NCBI GenBank assembly: GCA_977020255.1
Contig: CDROCS010000506.1
Coordinates: forward strand, 3,162,001-3,226,000
DNA from: Obrimoposthia wandeli
Lineage: Eukaryota
Direction of reading: 5' to 3'
DNA: 64,000 nucleotides
Part shown: piece by piece, positions 38,536 to 49,787 of the stretch
Numbering within the stretch: the stretch's first letter is position 1
Layout of the letters: the number at the start of each line of letters is the position of its first letter
Notes under the pieces: model-generated
What the model was told of the DNA's origin: nothing
The model's database searches: none
The model's input: the letters and a program-made list of their open reading frames with translations, nothing else
Made by a program: the position numbers and the translations under genes

Positions 38536-41268
38536 TTAGGTTAATCGCGGTAATTTGAGCATGTTGTCTATTGGTTGTGGTTTTCCTATGCCATAACCTT
38601 GTGCAAAGTCGATACCAATCGCTTCAATTTTTTGTTTGATAGCATCGTTTTCCACGAATTCGGCAATGGTTTTTAATTCCATTAAGTGACCAATCTCATT
38701 GATTGATTTTACCATGGCGGCATCAATAGGGTTGGTTAAGATATCTTTAATGAATATGCCATCAATTTTCAGGATATTGACGGGGAGATTCTTAAGATAG
38801 GCAAAAGAAGATAAGCCACTGCCAAAGTCATCTAATGCAAATTTACAGCCGAAAGTACTTAACGTATTAATAAAAACGGTAGCATGAGCAAGGTTACTAA
38901 TTGCGGCCGTTTCGGTTATTTCAAACATGATCTGTTGCGGGGAAATATTGGCGTGAGTGATAGTGGCCATAATATGTTGCAATAGTTCGTCATCACCAAG
39001 TGACGCACCGGATAAATTAATACTGATATGATCAAACATATCAAGTTGTTTGCTGTGTGTTTTCATCCACAGTAATGTACGCTCTACTACCCAACGATCT
39101 ATAGGCTGGGATAAGTTATAGCGCTCTGCGATTGGTAAGAAGACACCTGGAGAAATCAGCTCACCATTTTTATCTAACATGCGTAGTAATACTTCAAAAA
39201 CAGGCTTATGGTCAGGATCCTGCAATGCGACGATAGGCTGAGCGTAGAGTTCAAATCTGTCCTCATGGAGGGATTCTTTTATTGCATTAACCCAGCGAAA
39301 CTCCCCATCTCGAGCCGCCAACAACTCATCATTATCATGATAGGTATGTACTCTGTTACGGCCTAAGTCCTTAGCGGCATAACAGGCGAGATCGGCGTGG
39401 ATCAAGGCTTCACTGGTATTGCCCGAAGTACTACAAATTTCAGTAACACCGATACTGACGCCAATGCTGAAACAACTTTTTTTCCATATAAATTGGAATT
39501 TTTTAACTTTTTCTAATATTTCATTCGCTATAGCAACCGCTTCTGTAAGCTGACTGTTGCGTATTAATATGGCAAATTCGTCACCACCTAACCGTGCTAA
39601 CGTATCGTTTGGTTGTAGATTATCACCGATTAACACTGCGATTTGGCGTAATAACTCGTCACCCGCGGCATGACCGCAAGTATCATTAATTATTTTAAAT
39701 TGGTCTAAGTCTAAGAAGCATAAGACGTGGGTAAGTTCGCTACCTTGTGCGCTGCACACGGCATCGCTAAGTTGATGCTCAAATTCATAACGATTGATTA
39801 GACCTGTTAGCATATCGTGTTTTGCTTGATAGGTTATCTGTTTAGAAATGATTCTTGATTTTGTAATATCAACTTGAATGCCGATGAAATGCGTTATTTC
39901 GCCACTGTCATTTGTCATTGGTATTATGGTGACTTTAGCCCAATATAACTCACCATTTTGACGTTTGTTTTGTACTTCACCTGTCCACTCTTCACCTTTT
40001 GAAATTCGACTCCAGAGTTTATTGTAGATGTTATTACTGGTGGTATTTGAGCGGAAAAAATTGGCTTTATTACCAATAGATTCAGGTGCGGAATAACCTG
40101 TTATCTGCGTGAATTGAGGGTTCACGTATTCAATGATACCTTTGGTGTCGGTGATCATAATACCGTCTAAACTACATTCGACAACACGTGATAGTTTTTT
40201 TAAATTTACCGTATTCTGCTGTTGAATGGTGATATCGTCACACACACCAACCCCGCCGTCTATTTCGCCTGAGCTGGAGTAGAGTGGTACTAAATCGACT
40301 TCTAAATAAGATTTTTTACGATGTGATACCGAAATATACTCACCTTCAAAGGTAGTTATCTGACCTTTTAGTGATGATTTAATTGCGTTTGAAAGGCCTA
40401 TGTTTTGCACCTTTTTCAACATATTAAAACCGATCAAACCATTTTTATTGGCACCGATAATATTTTCAAAATGGCGATTGGTTCTAAGCAATATCCCTTG
40501 TTTATTATAATGAAAAATACCCACTGGCGAATGTTCAAAAATAGAGTTTAATTTAGCTTCACTTTGCACCAGTTCATTGGTTCGTAGGGCAATTTTGTAG
40601 TGGAGTTTTTTTACTTGTTGGCGATAGCTGATGGTTTGCATCAGAAACAACAAAAATACTGTGAGCATGAAAATAGCGGATATAAGCATGGTTTTGTTGA
40701 AATGTTCATTCAATTGCGCGGACACGGTATCTATGGTGATATCGGCAGCAGCAATGTAAAGACTGCCGTCTGCTGCATAGAGAGGGATAAAGATACTGCG
40801 GAAGCGGCCCCACTTATCTTGGTATTCAACTAATCGGGGCTGTTTATCAGAAAAAATAGCATAGAGGCTAGGATCTGCATCTCTATAGACAGATAGAAAA
40901 TCTGTATTCGCTTTATCTTGACTATTATCAACTGGCGTTGTGCTAGATGACGTAAATAGGATCTTATTATCACGTATAATCAGGGTGTATAAGTTACTAA
41001 TGTGGGCATTTTTTACGTATGTCGTTAGTGCATCTCTATTGTTTAAATTGAGTTGTGCAGAATTTTCATCATAGCGCATATCTTGTTGATGAAAATTGTC
41101 AGGTAATAGCGAGGATATGGTTAACGCAGCAGTCTTTAATTTTAAATCAAGCGCTATATATATATGATTTCGTTCTTGAAAATAACTATAAATAGCCAAG
41201 CTAACAATCGATAAAATATAGACGAAAATTGAAATGTAAATCCGTTTATTTGATTTAAAAGAGCGCAT
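38536..41268 (-). CDS. Membrane PAS-PAS-GGDEF-EAL protein
   Basis: Periplasmic domain (DKWGRFRS), PAS motifs, ARLGGDEF, EVLLRM, DDFGSG. Confidence 0.93.
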   Translation of the reverse strand: MRSFKSNKRIYISIFVYILSIVSLAIYSYFQERNHIYIALDLKLKTAALTISSLLPDNFHQQDMRYDENSAQLNLNNRDALTTYVKNAHISNLYTLIIRDNKILFTSSSTTPVDNSQDKANTDFLSVYRDADPSLYAIFSDKQPRLVEYQDKWGRFRSIFIPLYAADGSLYIAAADITIDTVSAQLNEHFNKTMLISAIFMLTVFLLFLMQTISYRQQVKKLHYKIALRTNELVQSEAKLNSIFEHSPVGIFHYNKQGILLRTNRHFENIIGANKNGLIGFNMLKKVQNIGLSNAIKSSLKGQITTFEGEYISVSHRKKSYLEVDLVPLYSSSGEIDGGVGVCDDITIQQQNTVNLKKLSRVVECSLDGIMITDTKGIIEYVNPQFTQITGYSAPESIGNKANFFRSNTTSNNIYNKLWSRISKGEEWTGEVQNKRQNGELYWAKVTIIPMTNDSGEITHFIGIQVDITKSRIISKQITYQAKHDMLTGLINRYEFEHQLSDAVCSAQGSELTHVLCFLDLDQFKIINDTCGHAAGDELLRQIAVLIGDNLQPNDTLARLGGDEFAILIRNSQLTEAVAIANEILEKVKKFQFIWKKSCFSIGVSIGVTEICSTSGNTSEALIHADLACYAAKDLGRNRVHTYHDNDELLAARDGEFRWVNAIKESLHEDRFELYAQPIVALQDPDHKPVFEVLLRMLDKNGELISPGVFLPIAERYNLSQPIDRWVVERTLLWMKTHSKQLDMFDHISINLSGASLGDDELLQHIMATITHANISPQQIMFEITETAAISNLAHATVFINTLSTFGCKFALDDFGSGLSSFAYLKNLPVNILKIDGIFIKDILTNPIDAAMVKSINEIGHLMELKTIAEFVENDAIKQKIEAIGIDFAQGYGIGKPQPIDNMLKLPRLT

Positions 41269-41436
41269 TTTTAGTGAACTATTATTGTTAATGATTTTTT
41301 AATATGCCTTTTTTAGATATTGATTGCAATATCTCAGCATAATTTATGCTACCTCTAAGGGTATAATATTTAGGACTGCGGACTAAGTGCTGGTATTCGT
41401 ATAGGTAATAGGCAATCAATGACGTGTCTACTGACA

Positions 41437-42423
41437 TCACTGTTTTTGTTGTTGACGTAGTTGACCCGGTGAGAGGTTAAACCGCTGCCTAAACACTTTG
41501 CACAAATAACTACTATCTTGAAAGCCAACTTCATCTGCGAGATTTGCTAGGCTATGATCTGAATTGATTAATCGCCAATGGACATGCTGTAAACGCATTT
41601 CCGCCCAGTATTGATGCGCAGAGAGTTTAAAATAAAATTTAAAATGTCGGTCTAATTGTCGGCGGCTTAACCCTGTAATGGCTGCTAAATTTTCTATGGA
41701 TGTAGTGCTGGCCATCAACTCTTGCATCAAGGTTATCGTTCGTCCCAAGTGGCGATCGTGATGCTGTGTTTGCTGCCGTGATTTGAGCTGATGTAGTTGG
41801 CTGCGGCTTTCATCAATGAGCATATCTGCTAGCCCTTTAATAGCCCTTGTTTGACCAAGGTGGCGGCTGAGTATGGCCACGGCTAAATCAATGGCAGCAC
41901 TGCCGCCTGAACAGCTGATACGTTTATTATCGATGCAATATAATTGTTCACTTGCGATCTCTAAACGTGGGTAGGCATGACTGAATTCATTGATGTGGCG
42001 CCAGTGAACAGTGACTTTATGATTATTTAAGAGGCCCAATTCTGCTAATGTAAAACACGCGTTATCAATACTGATTAAAGTCAATCCCTGCGCTGCCGCT
42101 TGTTTTAAAAGTGGCCCATAAGCTTGCGCTTGCTGTTGTGCTTGGCGTGCGGTGCGACAACCAAAAATAACCAGATAATCATACTGACATAAGTTTATGT
42201 CTGTAGGTGTTGCAGGTATCGCGATAGGAATGCCACTGCTAGACACAATATGGCCTTTGTCTAAACCGACAACTTGCCATGAGCAATATCGTTGTTGGCT
42301 ATGGTCTGCATCATCAGCCGAAAACCGCAGCTTATCTAAGAATCCACCAAACGGTAACATATTAAATTCGGGTAGGGGAAGGAGTAGAAAGCGCACCTCT
42401 GCTGAATTAATTGCGGTATCCAT
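41437..42423 (-). CDS. GlxA-family AraC regulator (DJ-1/PfpI + HTH)
   Basis: VTVHW, SCSGGSAAID, GLSRRQLDRHF, VGFQDSSY. Confidence 0.9.
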   Translation of the reverse strand: MDTAINSAEVRFLLLPLPEFNMLPFGGFLDKLRFSADDADHSQQRYCSWQVVGLDKGHIVSSSGIPIAIPATPTDINLCQYDYLVIFGCRTARQAQQQAQAYGPLLKQAAAQGLTLISIDNACFTLAELGLLNNHKVTVHWRHINEFSHAYPRLEIASEQLYCIDNKRISCSGGSAAIDLAVAILSRHLGQTRAIKGLADMLIDESRSQLHQLKSRQQTQHHDRHLGRTITLMQELMASTTSIENLAAITGLSRRQLDRHFKFYFKLSAHQYWAEMRLQHVHWRLINSDHSLANLADEVGFQDSSYLCKVFRQRFNLSPGQLRQQQKQ

Positions 42424-42561
42424 CGATGGTTTTCCTCTCGGTTTATTTGATGGTTTATGTCGTGATGAATTTAGTCGTTAGTCCAAATAATACCATTAAA
42501 CGTCCATATTACACCGTTAGTTTTTATTGCAGGAATTTATACTCATGGTACTTTTATTTAT

Positions 42562-43182
42562 GTGGATATGATGATGGCGTTTAATCTTTGGTTAGTATTT
42601 TTAGTTGCAGCGATGGGCTTAGCTGTTGTCCCTGGGCCTAATTCATTATTGGCATTGAGTCATGGTGCGCGTTACGGACATAGACGAACGTTGTTTACTA
42701 TATGTGGTGGTGTATTTGGCTTTTTGATCTTAATTGCCATTGCTATGTTTGGACTAGGCGCGATATTACAGGCACAACCTGATGCGATGACTGCATTGCA
42801 GTGGATAGGAGCGGCTTATCTTGTTTGGCTTGGGATTAAGTTATGGAATGCCCCCGCATTGGAATTAACCGAGCTTGCTGAAAGTCAGTCATATAGCGGC
42901 ACAAGCCTATTCCGACAAGGCTTTTTTGCTGCGTTATCAAATCCTAAGGTGTTGTTGTTTTTTACTGCATTCCTAGCGCAGTTTATTGACCCTGCTATAG
43001 ATTTGTTACCGCAATTTATTGTTATCGCTGTTACTTTTGTGTGTGTCGAGTTTTTAGCTGAATATGGCATTGCTTGTGTTGCTCATAGTATTCGTCCTAA
43101 GCTAATGCAAAATGGACAGGTTTTTAATCAGTGTTGTGGTGTGTTGTTTGTTGTATTAGGGGTGTCGATGACATTAGCTTAA
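42562..43182 (+). CDS. LysE/RhtB translocator
   Basis: VPGPN, GAAYLVWLG, LSNPK; divergent from the AraC gene. Confidence 0.9.
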   Translation: MDMMMAFNLWLVFLVAAMGLAVVPGPNSLLALSHGARYGHRRTLFTICGGVFGFLILIAIAMFGLGAILQAQPDAMTALQWIGAAYLVWLGIKLWNAPALELTELAESQSYSGTSLFRQGFFAALSNPKVLLFFTAFLAQFIDPAIDLLPQFIVIAVTFVCVEFLAEYGIACVAHSIRPKLMQNGQVFNQCCGVLFVVLGVSMTLA

Positions 43183-43312
43183 TGCTATGCATTAGTGAAT
43201 CTATAAATGCTACGTAGCAATGAATAGATTGCTTTATTGCCGTGAATTTACTTTACATTCTATGTGCTTAGGTCACTATGGTGGTCCAATTTATTTTATG
43301 TAAGGGATTAAC

Positions 43313-43852
43313 ATGAATTTATTTTTTAGAATGCTCATTATTATTTTTAGTGCTCGACAGCAGGATGCTGTGGCACTGGTTGAGAAACGCAATGATCGGT
43401 TTCGCGTGTGGTTACACGACCTTGGGTGGCGTGATCATTTACCTAATTACCGGGTATTTAGTTTTATGGAGTTAGGGCGCTTTGGTATTTGGCATAGCTC
43501 TCGATTAGCGCTGTCGGGTCGTTATGGTTTGCGCATGATTGCAGCACAAGACTTTATCTATTTAAAACCTATTCGCCCGTTTCAAGCATTTACCATGACC
43601 ACGGAAATATTAAGTTGGGATGAGAAATATTTCTATTATCAACACCAATTTTTTTGTGGCAAGAAACTAGTTGCGATTGGCTTGGTAAAAGAGATTAATT
43701 TGAAGTCAGGCAAGGCGGTAACCCCTCTGTCATTATTAACCGCAGACTCTGAACTGAATGGATCTGTTATTGATAGTAGTGAAGATAAAACCTTGCACCC
43801 TGTGGTTGAAAAGTGGCTAGCGATGCAGCAAGCAATAAAAGATAACACCTAA
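43313..43852 (+). CDS. Thioesterase (hot-dog fold) family protein
   Basis: MNLFFR, DLGWRDHLPNYR, ELGR, WDEKYFY. Confidence 0.82.
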   Translation: MNLFFRMLIIIFSARQQDAVALVEKRNDRFRVWLHDLGWRDHLPNYRVFSFMELGRFGIWHSSRLALSGRYGLRMIAAQDFIYLKPIRPFQAFTMTTEILSWDEKYFYYQHQFFCGKKLVAIGLVKEINLKSGKAVTPLSLLTADSELNGSVIDSSEDKTLHPVVEKWLAMQQAIKDNT

Positions 43853-43946
43853 CACCCACACCTAAGTCTCTGTATTATTTATGTAAAGAAAATGCGACAA
43901 TATGGGGTGAGTATTTATCCTAATTATAGAAAGTGAGTAAAGCGTT

Positions 43947-44576
43947 ATCATCAAATCAAATAAGCTTAAAGTACAGGGCTTCACCCTAATTGAATTAGTT
44001 ATTGTCATTATCGTATTGGGGATCCTCGCTGCGGTTGCTATACCTAAGTTTATTAATTTACGTTCTGAAGCAGCAACGACTGCAGGGAGTGGTACTTTAG
44101 CGGCTGTTCATGATGCTGTTAATATATACCATTCAGCATGCCAGATTCGTAATGGTAACGCAGGTAAAGTGGATGTTGATGGTATTCAATCATTGGAGCA
44201 TGGTAGTTGTTATCCAGCTTTGGAAAATAAATCTAAGCTATCTAATGGTGGCGACTGCTTTAATATGTTTAATTTATTATTAGACGCGGGCGATTTAATA
44301 AAACCTGCTAATTATGGTCAGGGTAGCAGTGGTTGGACACCTGCGGAGAAGGTGGAGGTGAAATATTTGACCGAGTCGCAAGATAATGGTTATCAATTGT
44401 ATATCCACCAAAGGACTGATGCATTTTCTTACTGTCATTTTTACTATATTGATGGTGTAGATCTAAGTAAAACACCGTATTTATTGTTTGATGGTGATAC
44501 AGGCCGTATGGCGAAGGGTGTAATAGATGCTAGCGATGGTGTTAAATGGGCTGATAGTATTACACTGTATAATTAA
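43947..44576 (+). CDS. MshA-like type IV pilin / prepilin with no canonical in-frame start codon
   Basis: QGFTLIELVIVIIVLGILAAVAIPKF encoded from 43974; in-frame TAA at 43938-43940 and only ATC codons at 43947/43950 before the motif. Confidence 0.75.
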   Translation: MIKSNKLKVQGFTLIELVIVIIVLGILAAVAIPKFINLRSEAATTAGSGTLAAVHDAVNIYHSACQIRNGNAGKVDVDGIQSLEHGSCYPALENKSKLSNGGDCFNMFNLLLDAGDLIKPANYGQGSSGWTPAEKVEVKYLTESQDNGYQLYIHQRTDAFSYCHFYYIDGVDLSKTPYLLFDGDTGRMAKGVIDASDGVKWADSITLYN

Positions 44577-44596
44577 TAATGACGATATAATAAATT

Positions 44597-44628
44597 AAAA
44601 AGACCGAAGCGATGACTTCGGTCTTTTT
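44597..44628. terminator. Bidirectional terminator
   Basis: aaaaa-gaccgaag-cgatga-cttcggtc-ttttt. Confidence 0.85.
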
Positions 44629-44697
44629 GTATCTGCTATTCAGTGATGGGCACAACGAGCCGTCGCAGCTAGTTATCTTCCTCGTTAAATAGTCTCG

Positions 44698-46527
44698 CTA
44701 CACCGTATATTGGGCGATAGCTTGATCCAGGTTCTTAGCTTGGACTGCAACGGAACTGGCTGCTTGTGCGTTCTCATGAGTGATTTGTGAATTTTGGCTG
44801 GTGATATCACGAATCGAGGTAACGTTACGGCCAATTTCATCAGAGACTACGGTTTGTTGTTCGACTGCTGTCGCAATCTGGGTACTGGTATCCATGATGA
44901 GTTGCATGTCTGTCATAATTTGGCCAATTTTTGATTCCGCGCTATCTGCTTGCTGAACGCTTAATTCGCCCTGTTCGTGGCAGCGAGTTATGTGCATAAC
45001 AACTTGGCCCGTTTGATCTTGTAAGGTGGCAATGATACTGGTGATTTCTTCTGTTGATTGACGCGTTCTTAAGGCAAGAGAGCGAACTTCATCTGCCACA
45101 ACAGCAAATCCACGCCCTTGCTCTCCAGCTCTTGCAGCCTCAATCGCCGCGTTAAGTGCAAGCAGGTTAGTTTGTTCAGCTATTGAACGGATTACATCGA
45201 GCACTGAGCCAATATTATCTGATAGTGTCGATAGATTTGAGATCTCATCACTCGTTTTAGATAAGTCATCAGATAAAATACGAATGCGATCTTTAGTCGC
45301 GCTGACCTCTGATAAGCCTTCCATTGCGCCATTATGACTATTGTCGGCATTACTTGCCGCACTTTCAGTATTGTTCGCAATCTCGCGGATCGTTGAACCC
45401 ATTTCGGTGATCGCTGTTGCCACTGCGTCAGTTTCAGCTTGTTGACGGCTCATTGCTGTTTCTGAATCAACACTACGACTTTGTAACTCAGTCGAGGCAG
45501 AGCCAAGTTCATATACTGCTGACTGCACATTACTGACAAGCTCACGCAGATGGGTCAATAGATAATTAAAGTTACCGGCCATATGCGATAGTTCATCGTT
45601 ACCTTTTTCATCTGCAACGGCGGTTAAATCATGGCTTTGTGCGATGGTTGCCATTAACTCGCTAAGCGCTTGCATGCGACGTTGGATTGAACTGCTAATT
45701 AACCAAGAAAGTGTTAATAAGACCGCGATGACAATTAATACGGCCGCGATAATCAGGTTCATGGTTCGTTGTTGTTGTCCTGCAATTTCATTATCAAGTT
45801 GTGCACTAACAGTCTTAAATACTTTTTCGACTTGGTGAGAATCTTCGCGCATATCACCACGTAACCCTTCGGTATGGGTATTACCAATAATATTGTATTG
45901 GTTAATGATTTCATCCATCGTGTCACGGAATTCGGTATAACGATCACCAAAATCGAGAGAGAGTTGTTGATCGTAAAGTGCAAGCTTAGCTTGGTAGTCA
46001 AGGTTGTACTCTGGTTTTCCAAGCAGTGCGAACATTTTTGCTGTTTGTGCAAGATCGGTCGTGATCAAAAGGTTACGATTGTAACGGTCGGCTGTTTGCA
46101 GCAAACTTGCATAGCGGCTTTCAAGACGTTTTAGCAATCCCTGTTCGACGCTTAGCCCGAGCGTTTGATAATTATTAACTAGAGCTATCATGCTGCTGTC
46201 ATAGTCTTGCATAGATACAGTTAATGTCGCGACGCTAGGAATACGAATATTAAGCGTAGATAGCTCACCCTCTAATTGCTTTAATTCGCGTTGGAATAGA
46301 GTGTAATTATCTTTAAATTTGTCGAGATATTTAGTGTCATGTCGTAGCAAGAAGTCTTTCTCATTACGGCGTAAATTTAATAGCGTGATTTCAAGCTGTT
46401 TGACATCGGTAGCGGCGTGATTAATTCCCATCACATTGTTATTAGCAACCCAAGACATACCAACTACTAGCAGTAGTGCACTGACTGAAATACCAGCAAG
46501 GCCTAATAATTTATCCCTAATTTTCAT
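44698..46527 (-). CDS. Methyl-accepting chemotaxis protein (helical-bundle sensor)
   Basis: [13 protein letters not shown] domain, [31 protein letters not shown]. Confidence 0.95.
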   Translation of the reverse strand: MKIRDKLLGLAGISVSALLLVVGMSWVANNNVMGINHAATDVKQLEITLLNLRRNEKDFLLRHDTKYLDKFKDNYTLFQRELKQLEGELSTLNIRIPSVATLTVSMQDYDSSMIALVNNYQTLGLSVEQGLLKRLESRYASLLQTADRYNRNLLITTDLAQTAKMFALLGKPEYNLDYQAKLALYDQQLSLDFGDRYTEFRDTMDEIINQYNIIGNTHTEGLRGDMREDSHQVEKVFKTVSAQLDNEIAGQQQRTMNLIIAAVLIVIAVLLTLSWLISSSIQRRMQALSELMATIAQSHDLTAVADEKGNDELSHMAGNFNYLLTHLRELVSNVQSAVYELGSASTELQSRSVDSETAMSRQQAETDAVATAITEMGSTIREIANNTESAASNADNSHNGAMEGLSEVSATKDRIRILSDDLSKTSDEISNLSTLSDNIGSVLDVIRSIAEQTNLLALNAAIEAARAGEQGRGFAVVADEVRSLALRTRQSTEEITSIIATLQDQTGQVVMHITRCHEQGELSVQQADSAESKIGQIMTDMQLIMDTSTQIATAVEQQTVVSDEIGRNVTSIRDITSQNSQITHENAQAASSVAVQAKNLDQAIAQYTV

Positions 46528-46812
46528 ATTAACTCTACCTACCTAATGAACATTGCCAAACCAGTGGCTAAGTCTATATAGTCGGCACTCGCGTTAATAT
46601 CTTTAAGGTTATTTAGCTGGAAAGTAGTCGGTTTTTAATCTGTTCCTATAAAAAGTTTTAAAATTAAATGCTTAGCTTGGAAAATAAAATTACACAAAAT
46701 AAAGTTATGGTAAGTATTTATTAATCATTAAAATAAAAGCCGTAATTTATTACTTATTTATTGGTAACTATAGTTAGGTGCTTTTTTAATTGTGGGGCAT
46801 GTTTGATTGGCG

Positions 46813-47490
46813 TTAATTTTCGCTACTAAATTCAAGCTCAAATAAACAGGTTTCTAAACCCGCTGGTAAATTTAATAACAGCCGATTTTCGTTCAGCTCA
46901 AATTCTATTTCTTTAAACTGGATAGCATCAAGAAGATTAAGTTGTTCTGCGAATAATAATAACCCTGTCGTCACGAGGACCGCATAGTGGCATTGACGCG
47001 ATGACGTATCGTCGGTTTCCATTATTGCTTTAAAGGTTTCTAAGAAGAGGATGAGTAATTGATCTGTTTCTTTATCGCGATAAGATTCTTTGAGCTGAAT
47101 TAATTGCCAATAAGTAAGGGTAAATTTATGTTCAAAATTACGCATGTTAATACAAACACTGTTTTCTTTTTTATTATCGCTATTTACAAATCGAGCGACG
47201 CTGTCACTTTCTACATCAACTAAAAAGCTGATATTACTATCCTTATCAGTTGATTTTTTGATTGTTTCAATACTCATTCCATCTTCATTTAAAATACTGA
47301 TATGGTAATTTAATATTGCTTTTATGAGTTCATTTTTGCTGATACCTGCCTGCAGCATTTGCTGATAAGTATCGGTAAGGTGGATACCGGCGATGTCAGA
47401 TGAAAGTTGTTGATATTCATCACTGTCGATAAAAGAAGCGATCACTTGCTTTGAAAATTCAAAGTCAAAACCATTCAAATGAATATACAT
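46813..47490 (-). CDS. Hypothetical protein (225 aa)
   Basis: Long AT-rich ORF with an agg/gag-type RBS; no family recognised. Confidence 0.65.
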   Translation of the reverse strand: MYIHLNGFDFEFSKQVIASFIDSDEYQQLSSDIAGIHLTDTYQQMLQAGISKNELIKAILNYHISILNEDGMSIETIKKSTDKDSNISFLVDVESDSVARFVNSDNKKENSVCINMRNFEHKFTLTYWQLIQLKESYRDKETDQLLILFLETFKAIMETDDTSSRQCHYAVLVTTGLLLFAEQLNLLDAIQFKEIEFELNENRLLLNLPAGLETCLFELEFSSEN

Positions 47491-47664
47491 ATCAACTCCT
47501 GGTTAGCTATTTGCTAAAGCTGGGAGGAATAACGCAGTTGCTATAAGTATAACGGGTTAAATACGGTTAGGCGGATAGATTAAAAACGAGTAGGAGTAGT
47601 TAAGGAACATAAGCAGAGAAACACATGGTTTTCTCTGCCTCTAAATAACGTTAATCAGTTAATG

Positions 47665-48006
47665 TTATTTTAATTTTAGTGGTAACGTTTCAAATTGAAT
47701 ACCTGACCAGCCTGTGCGCATGAAATAACGGATGTTGGCATGATCATCACCATCTGGGTTATTTAGTACGTCATCACGGTAATAAGTACCGAAACACTCA
47801 AGCATTTGTTGCTTAGTGAATTTATTTAAACGACCTAATGCAAACAACTTGCATGAGCCAGTGTTTTCAGTTGCTTCGTTTGCTAGGTAGCCATTATAAA
47901 ATTTAGTGGGAGTGAAATCATAGCTTTCATCAATAACAGCGATGACATCGTCGAACTGCATAGTAGTTGGCTGTGCTGCTAATTTATTTAAAAAATCATT
48001 TAACAT
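47665..48006 (-). CDS. HopJ-family protein (PF08888-like)
   Basis: YDFTPTKF, NTGSCKLFA, CFGTYYR, HANIRYFM..GW.G. Confidence 0.82.
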   Translation of the reverse strand: MLNDFLNKLAAQPTTMQFDDVIAVIDESYDFTPTKFYNGYLANEATENTGSCKLFALGRLNKFTKQQMLECFGTYYRDDVLNNPDGDDHANIRYFMRTGWSGIQFETLPLKLK

Positions 48007-48234
48007 GGAGTGTCCCATCAATTTAAAGTATTTGCTATCTTCCCTTAATTTACCATAAATATGGGTTAAATGAGTGATAATTTACCAATTAGTTTTAATC
48101 TTGGGCTATTTATCCGTTTTAATGGGATCTATAGCGTATGTTTTCTTGCTTAAATTGTTATTTTTTTGTGATAAGTAAAGCCTAGTATTTGGTGTATGCT
48201 TTACTTAAAATAAGCAGTAACAAAAGGAGACGTT

Positions 48235-48777
48235 ATGGTGCCCGATCCCGTAGTACAATTTAACACGGTAATTAAAGGTAATATCGAAGGTTTAGATCAA
48301 GGCATTGCTTTGTTGACTGCGATGACAAATGAGCAGTATTGCATGCGTGCGCAGCCTTATATTATGAGTTGTATTGGTGAGCATTTGCGTCATGTGCTGG
48401 ATCTTTATTATGCTGTAAAAGCAGATGTTGACGTAATTGATTATGATGTACGTCGTCGTGGTGCATTGGTTGAATCGTGTCGTTTGACTGGATTAGCTGA
48501 ATTAGCATGCATAAAAGCCTGGCTGTTAACCTTACAACCACAGATGATGAATACTAAAATAGTTATGTCGACAGAGGTCTCGGTGCTTAATACCTTGGTC
48601 GCACAAGTTGAAACAACATTAATTCGTGAACTTATATTTGTTAGCACTCATGCTGTGCATCATTATGCGTTAATGGATATTTCGGCTAAGTTATGTGATT
48701 TTAATACCCCGAAAAATATGGGCATAGCACCAGCGACACTCACAGCATTAAGGAGTGAACCACCATGTGTACAGTAA
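48235..48777 (+). CDS. DinB/YfiT-family four-helix protein
   Basis: IGEHLRHVLD, YDVRRR, RELIF..THAVHHYA, PAT. Confidence 0.85.
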   Translation: MVPDPVVQFNTVIKGNIEGLDQGIALLTAMTNEQYCMRAQPYIMSCIGEHLRHVLDLYYAVKADVDVIDYDVRRRGALVESCRLTGLAELACIKAWLLTLQPQMMNTKIVMSTEVSVLNTLVAQVETTLIRELIFVSTHAVHHYALMDISAKLCDFNTPKNMGIAPATLTALRSEPPCVQ

Positions 48778-49688
48778 GTTGGTTGTTGGCAAATGATGGC
48801 TATCAAGTATTCTTTAACCGAGATGAACAAAAGGGTCGAGCACTGGCGCACGCACCAAAATATTTTAATGATCTAGGTGTTAAATATTTAATGCCTGTAG
48901 ATCCTGTGGGTGGTGGTAGTTGGATAGCGATGAATCAAGCGGGTTTATCGATATGTTTGCTGAACTACTATCAACAAAAACCAGCGGGTAAAGAATTAAT
49001 TAGTCGTGGCTTATTAGTTAAATCCCTAGTCAGTAATACGTCGCTCACCAAAATCCGCAGCGCATTAAATAAACTGCCGCTGCAACGTTATGCTGCTTTT
49101 ACCTTATTAGTATTCCCAAGTCATCTCACGGCCAAAACCGGTGATGTGTACGCTGTGCGTTGGGATGGTTGTGAACTTAGCACTGTGACTGCGGTATCGC
49201 CGATGGTATCGTCATCTGTCGCATTAGCTGAAGTGAGTAATTACCGCGAAGACTATCACAACTCTATTTTGTTACAGCATCAGGTTTTATTCTCGGGTGA
49301 GGGTTGCAATGATGATTTAGAATTAAGCCAAACCTCGGGAGCGTCTGATATTGATATTGATATTGATGCTGAGTGTAATAGCCTTATTGAGAGTGATAGC
49401 CAGGTTAACAGTATTGAAGATAATATTATTGCGTTAACTAATCAGCGTTGCCTCGATGATAAAAACAGTTTAGCACTCACACGTTTCCATGCGAGTCATG
49501 AACCCAGCCCGTCTTATTTATCCGTTTGTATGCACCGAGATGACGCGCACACTGTGAGTTTTACCCATCTTATTGCTACTCGTAAGCAACTTAAAATGAA
49601 TTATGTCTGTGGTTGTCCGTGCTCTTCAAAGCAACATGAATCTTATGCATTATATCCGCAGCGAGAAACCTACGTCGAAGTCGTTTAA
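48765..49688 (+). CDS. NRDE/TANGO2-family protein (Ntn-hydrolase-like) with acidic insert
   Basis: MCTVSW, FNRDE, GGGSWI, SRGLLV, SVCMHR..AHTVS. Confidence 0.88.
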   Translation: MCTVSWLLANDGYQVFFNRDEQKGRALAHAPKYFNDLGVKYLMPVDPVGGGSWIAMNQAGLSICLLNYYQQKPAGKELISRGLLVKSLVSNTSLTKIRSALNKLPLQRYAAFTLLVFPSHLTAKTGDVYAVRWDGCELSTVTAVSPMVSSSVALAEVSNYREDYHNSILLQHQVLFSGEGCNDDLELSQTSGASDIDIDIDAECNSLIESDSQVNSIEDNIIALTNQRCLDDKNSLALTRFHASHEPSPSYLSVCMHRDDAHTVSFTHLIATRKQLKMNYVCGCPCSSKQHESYALYPQRETYVEVV

Positions 49689-49699
49689 GTCGCTATAAT

Positions 49700-49747
49700 A
49701 TAAAGCCGTATTTGCTTATTGATGAAAATAAGCAAATACGGCTTTAT
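49700..49747. terminator. 21-bp perfect inverted repeat between the two convergent halves of the cluster
   Basis: ataaagccgtatttgcttatt-gatgaa-aataagcaaatacggctttat. Confidence 0.75.
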
Positions 49748-49787
49748 TGTTTCTAGACATATTTGATTTGTCTGCCTTTAACAATAT

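Noticed and set aside
47665-48006. Type III secretion effector locus
   Set aside because: HopJ-family proteins are widespread in non-pathogens, and no T3SS genes are present here
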